Of a stretch of DNA of 64,000 nt, positions 29,640-39,853 are shown one piece after another. Position 1 is the first letter of the stretch; the number at the start of each line of letters is the position of its first letter. The notes below the pieces were generated by a model. That model was not told where the DNA came from. It saw only the letters and a program-made list of their open reading frames with translations, and searched no databases. The stretch comes from Candidatus Latescibacterota bacterium (lineage in GTDB: Bacteria; Latescibacterota; UBA2968). The stretch lies in the NCBI GenBank assembly GCA_965198115.1, contig OZ240241.1:5728001-5792000 (forward strand). Direction: 5' to 3'. A program made the translations under genes and the position numbers.

Positions 29640-30926
29640 CTACCCGAAGTCGTAGTCCATTAGCTCGGTGGTGCCTTGCCAGACAATACCGTTGTGACCC
29701 ATCGCTTTGGTTTCGTCGACGATTCGGTCGATCGTTTCGCGGCCCCAACCTTCGCCGTGGATGATGGGATAGCACGGGACGGTCTCAGGTAACAGCAGCT
29801 TGGTTTTGTAGAGGTCGCGGAGGACCAGATCGGCCGTGTCTATCCGATAGCCGAGGGTGGCCGGCTCGTCTGCCATGTAGGCGTCGATGGTTTCCGGCAA
29901 GCCCATCCCATCGTAGCCTAAGAAACGATAGACGAGCTGAAGCGCGTCCTGTTCAGTCAAGCCGGAGACTTCCTGCTGGAGAAAGCGGGCCCATTCGATG
30001 AAGCAGTTGCAGACGAAGGCGGAGATATGGGATACGAGCGGACTCGCATAGTCCGACATCTGGTCCCACCGCGAGTAATCGTGGCCGGCAAACAGGGCCA
30101 TCGACGCTGGGAAAGTATCCGTGCCGAAAGCCGTGTCTGGAGCGGCCGCGTGTACTGCGGAGCGGAACCGAGTCAAGTTGCGATGGACCAGGTCACACCT
30201 GAAACGGAACCAGTCGAGCACACCCGATCGCAAGTCGAGGGCGTGGAGGATGTCGAAGAAACCGTATCCCAGGCGGACGACTTCGCCCAGCCGTTTCCCG
30301 TCGAGCTGTTGAAGCCTCTCACGTGCGTGTTTGAGGTCGGCGACCATGCCCGCCATATCGTAACCGAAGTCGGATGCGGCGGCCTCACACGATTCACACG
30401 TGCATCCCCATAGTCCGAGCGGAAAGCTGCCCATCGGATAGCGGAAGTGCGTGATGTCGAGAGCGTCGACGTCATATTGTGATGCCCAGTGCACACACGC
30501 GGCTTCCATCCAGTCCTGCACGTCCTGACGCGACGGGCAGAACATCAGCCGTCGGATCGTCCACGCACCGCCACACCCCCATACGTTCAAACCAGCGTTC
30601 TTCAGCTGAGCGATCGCTTGCCTGTAGGTTGCATCGTCTCCTTCGCGAGGAACCCCGGGCCCGCACAGCTCGCGCGCCAGGTCGTATTCGAGCGGGTCGA
30701 TGGGGCGACCATCAAAGTGACGGAGTACGAGCTTGGCGAGCTCCTCATCCGTCGGCACCTGTCCCTTGAAAGGGCTGAGCGCAAGGACGCTGTCGGGCAT
30801 CTTGCCGGTGAAGCCGATGACGACGGTGTTGAGTCCGATTTCGTCCTGGAGTCGAGCGACGTAATCGGGGTGGTTGAGGATGGTCTCGTGGCCCAGATAG
30901 ATGCCGGTTAGCCAGTCGGAAGACAT
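29640..30926 (-). CDS. Hypothetical TIM-barrel / glycoside-hydrolase-like protein with a Cys motif
   Basis: FCPS, YDVDALDITHFRY and GCTCESC (CxCxxC as in GH42/DUF187-like proteins); GGAG RBS. Confidence 0.62.
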   Translation of the reverse strand: MSSDWLTGIYLGHETILNHPDYVARLQDEIGLNTVVIGFTGKMPDSVLALSPFKGQVPTDEELAKLVLRHFDGRPIDPLEYDLARELCGPGVPREGDDATYRQAIAQLKNAGLNVWGCGGAWTIRRLMFCPSRQDVQDWMEAACVHWASQYDVDALDITHFRYPMGSFPLGLWGCTCESCEAAASDFGYDMAGMVADLKHARERLQQLDGKRLGEVVRLGYGFFDILHALDLRSGVLDWFRFRCDLVHRNLTRFRSAVHAAAPDTAFGTDTFPASMALFAGHDYSRWDQMSDYASPLVSHISAFVCNCFIEWARFLQQEVSGLTEQDALQLVYRFLGYDGMGLPETIDAYMADEPATLGYRIDTADLVLRDLYKTKLLLPETVPCYPIIHGEGWGRETIDRIVDETKAMGHNGIVWQGTTELMDYDFG

Positions 30927-30961
30927 GGTCGTGTCTCCAGGTTTGGTGGCAGAAATAAACA

Positions 30962-31045
30962 GAGCGGGGGAGCGGGGGCGCAGGGGAACGGGGGAGAAAA
31001 AGCGGTGTCTTCTCCCCCGCTCCCTCCTCCCCCGCTCCCCCGCTC
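30962..31045. repeat. Inverted pair of ~8-bp G-rich tandem repeats (GAGCGGGG)n...(CCCCGCTC)n
   Basis: Directly visible long hairpin between two co-oriented genes. Confidence 0.75.
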
Positions 31046-31051
31046 AGCTTT

Positions 31052-32050
31052 TTAGAATCTCGTGTGTTCGTAGTTGGCGAAGGGTGTTTCGACACCAAGT
31101 TTGTCGGCTTCCTCCTGCAAGGCGGCGCAGTGATCGTCGTTCAAGGGGATTCCATTCTTTTGGTTGTCTTTTGCCCAGACCCACTCATTGCCACCGGCCA
31201 GTTCTGCGGTTGGCATGCCGGGGAGCGGTTTTGTGGCCCGGGCATCTCCGACGAAGCGATCCATCTCTCGCTTGAGTTCCTCGAGGGGCATGAAGTGGGC
31301 GACGTCGACGACCGCGATGAATGCGCCCTGGCCCGCCTCCCACTGCGAATCAGCATACGCCGGGCGATAGATGCCGGGGAAAACGCCGGCGAGCGCTCTG
31401 ACGGCGGCTGTGAGTGCCATGATTTTGAGGTAGGTCGTGGGGATTCGTTTGAAGAGCTCTTCTTCGAACCGAAGCAGCGCCCCGCCCATGTCCATGACGA
31501 TGGGGGGCTGTTCGCCCGCCGGGATCGCGATGCTGCTCGGCGATGTATCGACGACGCTGAAGAGGAGGTCGTTTGGATCGAGGAACATTTTCTGAGAAGA
31601 GCCTGAAATGCCAATGCAGTCGTGTTCCAGCGCGAGGCGTGTGTAGTTGCCCGCGGAACCGACGTGTTGGTGATTGCGCGTTGTGAGAGCGGCAACGCCT
31701 CCGGCCTTGGCCTTCTCGATGATCTTGAGTGTTCCCCGGTAGCAAGGGAAGTAGCCAAGCCCTCCGTCACCGTCCATCACGAGAGAGGCTCCGGCCTCCT
31801 GGTCGACTGTCACATCTGGCCGCGGGTTGACGGCGCCATCCTTGATCTTTTGCAGATAGTAAGGGATCTGGCCGGTTCCGTGACTGTAGAGACAGCGCTG
31901 GTTGTTGCCGACGAGGATGCTTGCCAGCAGGTCCGCGTCCTCGGGTGGCATGTTGACTTTTTCGAACAACCCGACGACAAGTTGCTTCAGGTCCTCGAAC
32001 GGCATGCGAATGCCGTGGTCGGGCGGGTAATTACGTCGACTGAGGTTCAT
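31052..32050 (-). CDS. Ldh_2 (malate/L-lactate/sulfolactate dehydrogenase) family oxidoreductase
   Basis: YSHG, VNPRP, DGDGGLG and RNHQHVG. The start is placed at MNLS, which overlaps the upstream TGA. Confidence 0.88.
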   Translation of the reverse strand: MNLSRRNYPPDHGIRMPFEDLKQLVVGLFEKVNMPPEDADLLASILVGNNQRCLYSHGTGQIPYYLQKIKDGAVNPRPDVTVDQEAGASLVMDGDGGLGYFPCYRGTLKIIEKAKAGGVAALTTRNHQHVGSAGNYTRLALEHDCIGISGSSQKMFLDPNDLLFSVVDTSPSSIAIPAGEQPPIVMDMGGALLRFEEELFKRIPTTYLKIMALTAAVRALAGVFPGIYRPAYADSQWEAGQGAFIAVVDVAHFMPLEELKREMDRFVGDARATKPLPGMPTAELAGGNEWVWAKDNQKNGIPLNDDHCAALQEEADKLGVETPFANYEHTRF

Positions 32051-32976
32051 ACGTTGTCGGGCTGGTGGTGAATGTCGTTTCGCCAGGGTGGCTCGGACCA
32101 CGTCTTGTACCAGTTCCATTTCCATTAGACCTGCTTGGAGGGTAGCTCCACTTCGTATGTGACGCCTGCTGTGAAAGGGAGCACCTGTGTTCGGTTTCCG
32201 ACCGTCTCACGTATCCATTATAGGAAGGCGTTGGCATCCGTGACGTCAGGTGGCCAGCTTCCGTGAGGGATCGGGTCGGAAGCGCGATCGGTTCGGTAGT
32301 GCGTGGGAATCAGAAACTCGGGACGGATGAGGTCGATGCAGTTTAAGAGATGTTCGGACTGATCTTTCGCGCCGTGCTCCGTGAGTCCCATTTTCATGTG
32401 GATCAAATAGGTAACGCGGTCTCGTAGCTTTTCGAGTGCGGCATAAGGGACGGTGAGATCACCGGTGTGAAGAAACGATACGTCGATGTGGGGAAGGGTG
32501 ACGAGATAGCCGCAAGTCGGCAGGTCGGGTCTCTGGTTCTCCCCGCTTTCGATGACTTCGACCCGGACCGGACCCAGATCCCATTCCCCCGTATCCGGGA
32601 AAACACGGTCCTCGCCCCCGACGTGGCTGAGATACATCGGAAAGGCGACGTCGACGAGCCTCTTGTCGATGTGTTTGGTGATGGGGAGGTCTCGCGCGAA
32701 GGCGGCGTCCCCGTACTTTTCGTCGACAGGTTCATCGGGGTTGCAGCATCCTGGGCTGACCAGGACCTGCTTGATGCGGTCCCCCTGGCAAAGCCTCTGG
32801 AGCGTTCTGGGGTGACAGTGGTCGAAGTGTTCGTGCGAGACGAAGATGAAATCGAAGTCCGGTTCAGCGAGTGCGAGGTCGTCACCGAATTTGTATGGGT
32901 CGAAGGCAATGTTGACGAGGTCCGTTCGAACTTCGAAGCCTCCACATCCGGTCCACTTAAGATAGATTCGGCTCAT
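32047..32976 (-). pseudogene. MBL-fold metallo-hydrolase (UlaG-like) with two in-frame TAA codons (32218-32220 and 32125-32127)
   Basis: SHEHFDHC, HTGD and IPTHY. The frame continues past the stops (WIRETVG...YEVELPSKQV*WKWNWYKTWSEPPWR) to a TGA overlapping the next ATG. Confidence 0.78.
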
Positions 32977-32979
32977 GGG

Positions 32980-33817
32980 CTAAAGCGCGTGGTTCTCTTC
33001 GCTGTATTCGCGATTGCCACCGAGTTGCCAGGTGCCGCGGAAGAGCGTCTGTCGCTTTGGTGGCATAGCGGCGATGATGTCGTGATCGAGGTTCGTCTTG
33101 TGCCATTGCGCCCAGAGCGAGTTGTAGCAGTTGAAAACAGCGCAACGACCATTGTCGGGGTTTATCCAGTCGTTGGCGGCGTGGACGAGGCTCTCGGTGA
33201 AGATCACGACCGATCCGGGTGGGCAACTGTAGTCGTCCATCACGCCTCGGATGGCGTCTTCCCACGGAGAGTCGCTGATGTTGGGTCGCCAGATGTCGGG
33301 TCCGCCGTAGCCGAAGTGGGCCTTGTGGGAACCGCTCAGGAAGGATGTGTTTCCCTGGCCGGCTTTGACTTCCTCGAGTTCCCATACGACGCGGGTGAGG
33401 CCGGCGAAGATCTTCCCGCCGGCGACTTGATAACGCATCGCGTTGGCCTTCTGTTGAGGAGGCCGGACTGACCTGCCCTCCTGGATTGTCGACGTGGGGC
33501 AAGCCGTTGTCACTTCGCTCGGACTTGCTCCAGCCCGGTGGCCGGATGGTTGTGAACGAACCCTCACAGCGGAACCCGTAGCAGTCGTCGAGGACGAAGG
33601 GATCTTCGGAAAGACTCTCCGAAAGGATGCCGACGATGGCGGGATGATCGAGCAGTCCCTGGAGGGCACCCTCGTAGCTTTTTTTTGCACCCCCGTAGAC
33701 TTCGGCTTTGGTGGCCTCGATTTCTGCATCGGAGAGGACGGAGGGGATCTGGATCCATCCGCGCAGGTCGAAGAAGAATTTCTGTTCGTCGGTCATGGGA
33801 ATGACGTCTGTGCTCAT
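32980..33817 (-). pseudogene. PhyH-like dioxygenase frameshifted by a 22-bp insertion at 33469-33490
   Basis: N-part MTDEQKFFFDLRGW..LLDHP and C-part FLSGSHK, PPGSVVIFTESLVH lie in different frames. Confidence 0.82.
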
Positions 33818-33967
33818 GTGACTCTCCGCTGTAGCCTTTCCTTGTGGGATGGAGGTGATGGCTGTAACGATCTGACCCAAAAGGCACGGCGGGCCCAAGC
33901 CCTACGCTAGAGTAGCAAAGCCTGCTGGCATCCATCGCGCCGCGTTAGCAAGAAAGCGTGGATCATC

Positions 33968-35436
33968 TTGGCTGACAAACCAAATATTCTGCTGATCCAG
34001 ACGGACCAGCACAATCCACACATCGCGGGATTCGCGGGTGATCCGTTCGTCCAGACGGAGAATCTCGATCGCCTGGCCGGGGATGGGATGTCGTTCGATG
34101 CGGCCTATTGCCAGACACCTCTATGCTCACCAAGTCGACTGTCACTCTTGGCGGGGCGATGGGTCTCGAATTGCGGGGGATGGTCGAACGGGGCGGTGCG
34201 TGACTTGGAGCAGGAGACAATCCCATCGTGGTTGTCGAAGCATGGATACACGACGGCAACGGTCGGGAAGATGCACATCGCCGGTGGGGATCAGACGCAC
34301 GGCTACCAGCATCGACCGTATGGGGATCTGGTGCCGTGTATCTACCCGGCGCACCAGCCCGATCCGCCGGGATCCTGGAAAGACGGGCAATGGAACAACC
34401 ACGCAGTGGGACGGTTCCCGTTCGCGGGGCCCATGGAGATTCCCGAGAGCCTGACGATGGATCAGGTGGTGACGATCGAGAGTCTGGCGTGGATCCTCGA
34501 GTTCGCCGATGGGAATCCGGATGCCCCATGGTTCTTTCACGCATCGTTCTCACGACCCCACTTCCCGCTGACGGCACCGGGCCGCTATGTTAGGCGCTAT
34601 CTGGAGAGTGATCTCCAAGCACCTCCCTTGCCTTCCGGATACCCGGACGACCTTCACCCACACGATCGATTCACGGTCGATGACTTCAATCTGCTCAGGT
34701 TTTCGATGGAGGAGCATCGTCGGGCGGTGGCGTGTTACTACGCCTGCGTCGATTATGTCGACGACTGTATCGGTTCGCTGATCGAAGGACTCAGCCGCGC
34801 CGGCTGTCTGGACAATACCTACATCGTTTACACGTCCGATCACGGCGACATGGTGGGCGAGCACGGGCTGTGGTGGAAGCGATCCTACTACGAAGCTTCG
34901 GCCCGCATACCTCTGCTGATATCGGGACCGGGAATCGGCAGGGGTGGCCGCGATGCTGCGCCCGTCGAGCTGGTCGATCTGTTTCCGACGTTCTGTGAGT
35001 GGGCCGGGATCGACGTCCCCGAAGGTCTGGACGGGGAAAGTCTGACCTCGCTTTTGGATGGTCAGTCGGGGCGGCGCGAAAAGATCTACGCGCGCTCGGA
35101 GATGCTCGGCCCGAAAATTCCCACTCAGTTCCGGATGGTCCGGAGTGATCGCTGGAAGTATGTCGAGTTTCCGAGTCAGATCCTCGCCTCTACGATCTCG
35201 ACGCGGATTCAGAAGAACTCCTAGATCTCGCCGGTGATCCGCCGCCGGACGCACCTGTTGAAAATTTGGTGAAGGAGGTTCAGCGTAACGGAACCTGGGA
35301 GGAAATCAATCACCGTCGTGAGGCTGATTTGGGGCCGCAGCAGAAGTCGAGTGATACTCCGATACGCGGGGCTGTTCAGTATCGGTTGGTGGATGGGCGG
35401 GTGATCGATGGGGATGGAGCGCTCTATGCGGAATGA
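33968..35436 (+). pseudogene. Sulfatase (choline-sulfatase-like) with a frameshift near 35173
   Basis: KPNILLIQTDQH, CSPSR, GKMH, PHFP and SDHG. The shifted frame continues LYDLDAD..E to TGA at 35436. Confidence 0.87.
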
Positions 35437-35537
35437 GTTCGACAATGAAGCCAAGCCAGGTGATCAATATCGGCCTGGTTCCCAGGGCCTGCCTGGGAAC
35501 AGCTTGTGCAGGATAAGGTTACCGGGAGGAATCGCCG

Positions 35538-36443
35538 ATGTTCTCAGATGATCTGAAGGAGCAGGTTCGGAACGTTCACGCCTATGCGGTGACGCCGTTC
35601 AGTGATGACCTGCTGTCGGTCGATCTGGAGAATTACGGGAAGAACATCGAGTTCATGCTCGATCGGGGTGTGAAGGTGGTGGTGGTGGGTGGGGGAACGG
35701 GAGAGGTGCACTCGCTGTCGGTAGATGAACTGGAGACGATGGCTCGTCACGCGCTGAAAGTCGTGGGGGACAGAGCGCTCGTGATCCCCGCACTACCTGA
35801 CAATCTCGGAGATGCGGCCGAGCTGGCGCCGAAGTATGAAAAACTGGGGACGCGGATCACGCTGGGGATGGCGCCGTTTATCCGCAATCAGATTCCCGAT
35901 GATCTGGATGGTGTCTACAACTACTACGAGATCCTGGGCGGGTTAACGGGTATGGCGCTCATGCCCTACAACACGCAGGGATGGACACCCGAGTTCTTTG
36001 CACGGTTGGCCGAGATCGATACAGTGATCGGCGTCAAGGATCCGTGCGCCCATCCGCACAACCTGTTCCGAGCGGTGCAACTCGTGGGGGATCGATTCGT
36101 GTGGATCGGGAACAAACGTCACGATCCCGGCGTGCTCCACTTGCGATTCCAGATGGGGATCGAAGCGTTCACGGCGGGCTTCACGAACTTCGCGCCTCAG
36201 TTCGAGTTGGAGCTGTTCGAAGCGGCGCAACGGAAGGATTGGGATCGGATGGTAGAGATTCAGGCGCAGCTGGCGCCGCTGGAGCGGATGCGGAACCGCC
36301 ACAACGAAGGGATCATCAAGTCGGCGCTGGATCTGGTTGGCTTGAAAGGGGGGAAGGTGCGGCCGCCGAGGATGGACTGTAGCCCTGTGGGCGTTGAGGA
36401 GCTTAGGGAGGAGTTGGGGAAACTTGGGGTGGAAACCTACTGA
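35538..36443 (+). CDS. DHDPS/NAL family (5-dehydro-4-deoxyglucarate dehydratase-like) lyase
   Basis: VTPF, GGTGE, PYN and IGVKD (Schiff-base Lys). Confidence 0.9.
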   Translation: MFSDDLKEQVRNVHAYAVTPFSDDLLSVDLENYGKNIEFMLDRGVKVVVVGGGTGEVHSLSVDELETMARHALKVVGDRALVIPALPDNLGDAAELAPKYEKLGTRITLGMAPFIRNQIPDDLDGVYNYYEILGGLTGMALMPYNTQGWTPEFFARLAEIDTVIGVKDPCAHPHNLFRAVQLVGDRFVWIGNKRHDPGVLHLRFQMGIEAFTAGFTNFAPQFELELFEAAQRKDWDRMVEIQAQLAPLERMRNRHNEGIIKSALDLVGLKGGKVRPPRMDCSPVGVEELREELGKLGVETY

Positions 36444-36482
36444 CCGGGTTTAGTGACCACTGACCAGAGACTCTCGTCGCTT

Positions 36483-37997
36483 CTATTTCTCTGTTCTCAT
36501 GCGGCCGGTGTCGACGGCGAAGGCGAGGGCGTCGAAGTTTTTTACCGTCAGGTCGAACCTCGTCTGGGTGTAGTTCGGATCGTCCCAGAGATTGTCGAAT
36601 TCGTTCGGATCGGTCTCCAAATCGAAGAGCTCGCCACAATCGAGACCGTGGTAGTTGACGAGCTTGAATCTCCGCGTGCGAATCATCGTGGCGTAGCTCT
36701 GCTGCCCCTTCCTCCAGCGGAAGTCCTGATGGGGTAGGGCCGTCCACTGCGGGTGGTTCTGCTTCACCCACGCCTCTTCCTCTCCTGCAGGGACACTGGC
36801 CATCTGATACCGGCGTCCCAACGCCACGTAGTACTCGCAACGCACATACTCTCGATGTTCCCCCGGATCGCTGGATCCGGTCAGAATACTCACCAAGGAC
36901 TTGCCGTGCATCCTGTTTGGAACCGAGACCCCCACTGCCTCCAGCAGCGTGGGCGCAACATCCGTAAGCTCTACGAGCGCGGGTGATCGAAGCCCCTGCA
37001 GGAAGTGCGCTGGCCAGGAGACGATGAGCGGTACGCGAATCAGGCCTTCGTAGAAACGACACCCCTTGGCGCGTAATCCGTGGTCTCCGAGCGTCTCGCC
37101 ATGATCGGACATGAAGATGACGATCGTTGTTTCGCGCTGACCGGTTTCCTCCAGCGCGTCGAGGACGCGACCGACGTTCTGGTCGATCAGCTCGACCGTC
37201 GCCCAGTATTTGGCCTGTTGAAGCTTGGCTTCGCGTTCGTCGTAGGCCGCGGCCTTTGTCTGGAAGTTGGCGCCCTTCAGTTTTTCCTGTGCCGCGAGAT
37301 CTGACTCCCTGTAGGCCAGCCCCGGAAGCGCGTCCACGTCGAATCGATTGAGGAACTCGCTCGGTGGATAGAGAGCCCCCTCTCCGCCTTGGGGATGCGG
37401 GTAGTAGGTGTTGAGGCTAAAGAGCCACGGACCGTCAGTGTGCTAGTGGGACCGTATGAAGTCGATCGTTCTGTGGGCACACCACGTCGTCTGATGGTAT
37501 TCCACGGGTATGTAGCCGTGGCGCTCGAAAAGCTCTTTGGCGCTTTGCCCACGGCTATCGAGCCAGTCGGCATAGTCCGAAGGGTGGCCTTCTCCCAGGT
37601 CGTCGGGTACCTGCGACCAGTGGAATTCGCGGTAGCCGTCGTCGGGCCGGGGCTCGATTCGGTCATCGACGTCGGAGAGATGAAGTTTTCCGGCCAGGCC
37701 GCAGTCGTATCCGGCGTCGGCCAGGATCTTCGTGACGAGGGGCGCGGCTCCGCTCCACCGGTCGACTTCGTTGGAGGTGTTGTGGACGGTGCTGGGATAC
37801 ATCCCTGTCAGGAAGGATGCTCGGCTGGGGGTACAGATCGGCGATTGGCAGAAAGCATCATCGAATGCAACACCCGTGTCGACCAGGCGGTCCAAGTTGG
37901 GTGTTCTGATGTGGGGATTGCCGAGGGCGTGGATGGTGTCCCAGCGTTGCTGATCCGTACAGATCCAGAGGATGTTGGGTTTTCCGGGTAATGCCAC
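36483..37997 (-). pseudogene. Sulfatase with an in-frame TAG at 37443-37445
   Basis: [17 protein letters not shown] and GKLH. The frame continues FIRSH*HTDGPWLFSLNTYYPHP into ORF 36483-37337 (SDHG, ELFDLETDPNE). Confidence 0.88.
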
Positions 37998-38003
37998 AGA
38001 AGG

Positions 38004-39047
38004 TCAACCTGCGGTGACGGCGCTGGCGACACACCACTGGCCGTGCCGGTCGCAGCAAGCGTAGTAGGCGCGGTATCGTCCGTCGTCGAGCCTGATGAAG
38101 GACATGTCTTCGGCATGTACTGCGTCGATGTCGTCGGAATCCAGCCCGCCGCCTTCGATAACCATTCCGTCGCGGACCCAGTCGATGCCATCGTCGGAAT
38201 GCGCCGCTAAAATACGCGACCGAAAGCCGGCCAAATCACATTTGATGGATGCTGCTGCGAAATCCTCTCCGAGAGTACTCTCGGCGACACCCGGATCGGA
38301 GGGGTGCGGGGGAATGACTGACCCGGGCGGTGCGTCCTGCCATCCGGAATAGAGCATCAACCAGGGTTCGCCGTCCGCTGTCGGCGGGAGCACGTCGCCT
38401 GCGGTGATCCCCAAAGCTTCGATTTCGGACTGGCCGTTTTTCATACGGTAGCCGGGCTCGAATTCGAAATTGAGCCCGTCAGTGCTGACCGCACTGATGA
38501 CGCTCTGGGAGATCCGAACACCACCACCCATCCTGCCGCCTTCGCCGTATTCGCTTGCGAAGCAATAGATCCTGACACGTCCATCCGAGAGCGGGACATA
38601 GCGTGGCGCGCCGATGCCGTCGAAGCCGTGCACTCGGGCGCCCTCCTCGAGTTCCCAGTCGACTCCGTCCGAGGAGATGGCACTGGCGATGACAGGGGGC
38701 ACATCGGCCGTGCCTCGGGATTCGAAGTACATCCGCCAGCGGCCGTCGGGTAGCTGTTTGACGGTCGGCGCAAGGTAGCGAAGGCTGCCGTGTTCGATCG
38801 CGGGATCGGGCGCCATGCGGATGCCGGGTTCGACGTCGAAGTTCAGGCCGTCTTCGGATACGGCGCTCAGGATGTAGCCTTGACAGGCAGCGAATGGTTT
38901 GCCAGGGCCGACGGCCGTGTAGTAGAGACGATAGCCTCCGTCCGGTAAAGCGACCACACCAGGCGCCTGAACCTTCGACTGGTCGATGTCCCGTGTGCCC
39001 TCCACGCGGGGACCGTCCTCCTTGATCCACTTCAGGAACTCAGCCAT
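38004..39047 (-). CDS. Five-bladed beta-propeller (GH32/43/130-like) hypothetical protein
   Basis: Repeated blades P..V.LPDG.YRLYY...I.SA.S.DG..F/W. Confidence 0.75.
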   Translation of the reverse strand: MAEFLKWIKEDGPRVEGTRDIDQSKVQAPGVVALPDGGYRLYYTAVGPGKPFAACQGYILSAVSEDGLNFDVEPGIRMAPDPAIEHGSLRYLAPTVKQLPDGRWRMYFESRGTADVPPVIASAISSDGVDWELEEGARVHGFDGIGAPRYVPLSDGRVRIYCFASEYGEGGRMGGGVRISQSVISAVSTDGLNFEFEPGYRMKNGQSEIEALGITAGDVLPPTADGEPWLMLYSGWQDAPPGSVIPPHPSDPGVAESTLGEDFAAASIKCDLAGFRSRILAAHSDDGIDWVRDGMVIEGGGLDSDDIDAVHAEDMSFIRLDDGRYRAYYACCDRHGQWCVASAVTAG

Positions 39048-39846
39048 ACGACATCTCCGGGTGCTTGCCAAGGACGCGCATCAGTCTGTCGTCGGCATCC
39101 TCCAACACATAGTCGGGCATGTGATAGTTGAGGTAGGGCCAGAAACGCTGGCCATAGACCTGGTGGAACAGGTAGCGTACTCGGTCGGACTTGTTGGGTA
39201 CGCCCCGATGCCAGGTTTGGCCGTTGAGCAGGTAGAGGTCGCCGGCTTTCATGTGGAGTGAAACGGGGCCCTGGCCTTCGAAGGCGGGATGCTCGGCATC
39301 ATCGGGTTGTCGACCGGCGTAGTTGCTGCCCGGAACGAACTGGCTTGGGCCGTATTGGTCCTCGTCCTGATCCGTGAGTGCGATCTGTACGGACATGCGG
39401 AAAACCGGGATTCGGATACGAGCGTCGTGCCGCGCGACGTCGTCATTGATGATCGGGAATTCGAGGCCGTCGTCGACGTGGAAACGGTTGATGCCCATGT
39501 CCGTCCGGTTCAAGATGCAGCCCTGCGCGATGCAGTGGCAATGTTCTCCGAGAACCGTTTCAGCGATGGTGATGATCGGCTCGCGGACGAGAAGGTCGCG
39601 AAACATCCGGTCGCACTCGAACAGGCGATGTACGACGATCGGTTTTTTACCGTCGTGGTCCGCCCGGACTTTAACGTTGCGCATGTCGGCGAAGTAGGGT
39701 TCGGCATAGATCCGATCGAGCCGCTCTATCATCGTCTCGCACTCATCGCGAGAAAGGACGCCACGGACAATCGTCGCACCGTTCCCGTAGAAGTCATCCA
39801 GAATCGGGGTCAGTTCTTCTTCACTCAGCGGTTCTGTCAGGGCCAT
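39040..39846 (-). CDS. PhyH-family dioxygenase
   Basis: FHVD, GPSQFVPGS and TWHRGVPNKSDRVR. Confidence 0.88.
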   Translation of the reverse strand: MALTEPLSEEELTPILDDFYGNGATIVRGVLSRDECETMIERLDRIYAEPYFADMRNVKVRADHDGKKPIVVHRLFECDRMFRDLLVREPIITIAETVLGEHCHCIAQGCILNRTDMGINRFHVDDGLEFPIINDDVARHDARIRIPVFRMSVQIALTDQDEDQYGPSQFVPGSNYAGRQPDDAEHPAFEGQGPVSLHMKAGDLYLLNGQTWHRGVPNKSDRVRYLFHQVYGQRFWPYLNYHMPDYVLEDADDRLMRVLGKHPEMSYG

Positions 39847-39853
39847 GCTTGGA

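Noticed and set aside
21148-37445. Genome-wide stop-codon reassignment
   Set aside because: TAG, TAA and TGA all end genes at natural C-termini in this window, and the internal stops are of two different types.
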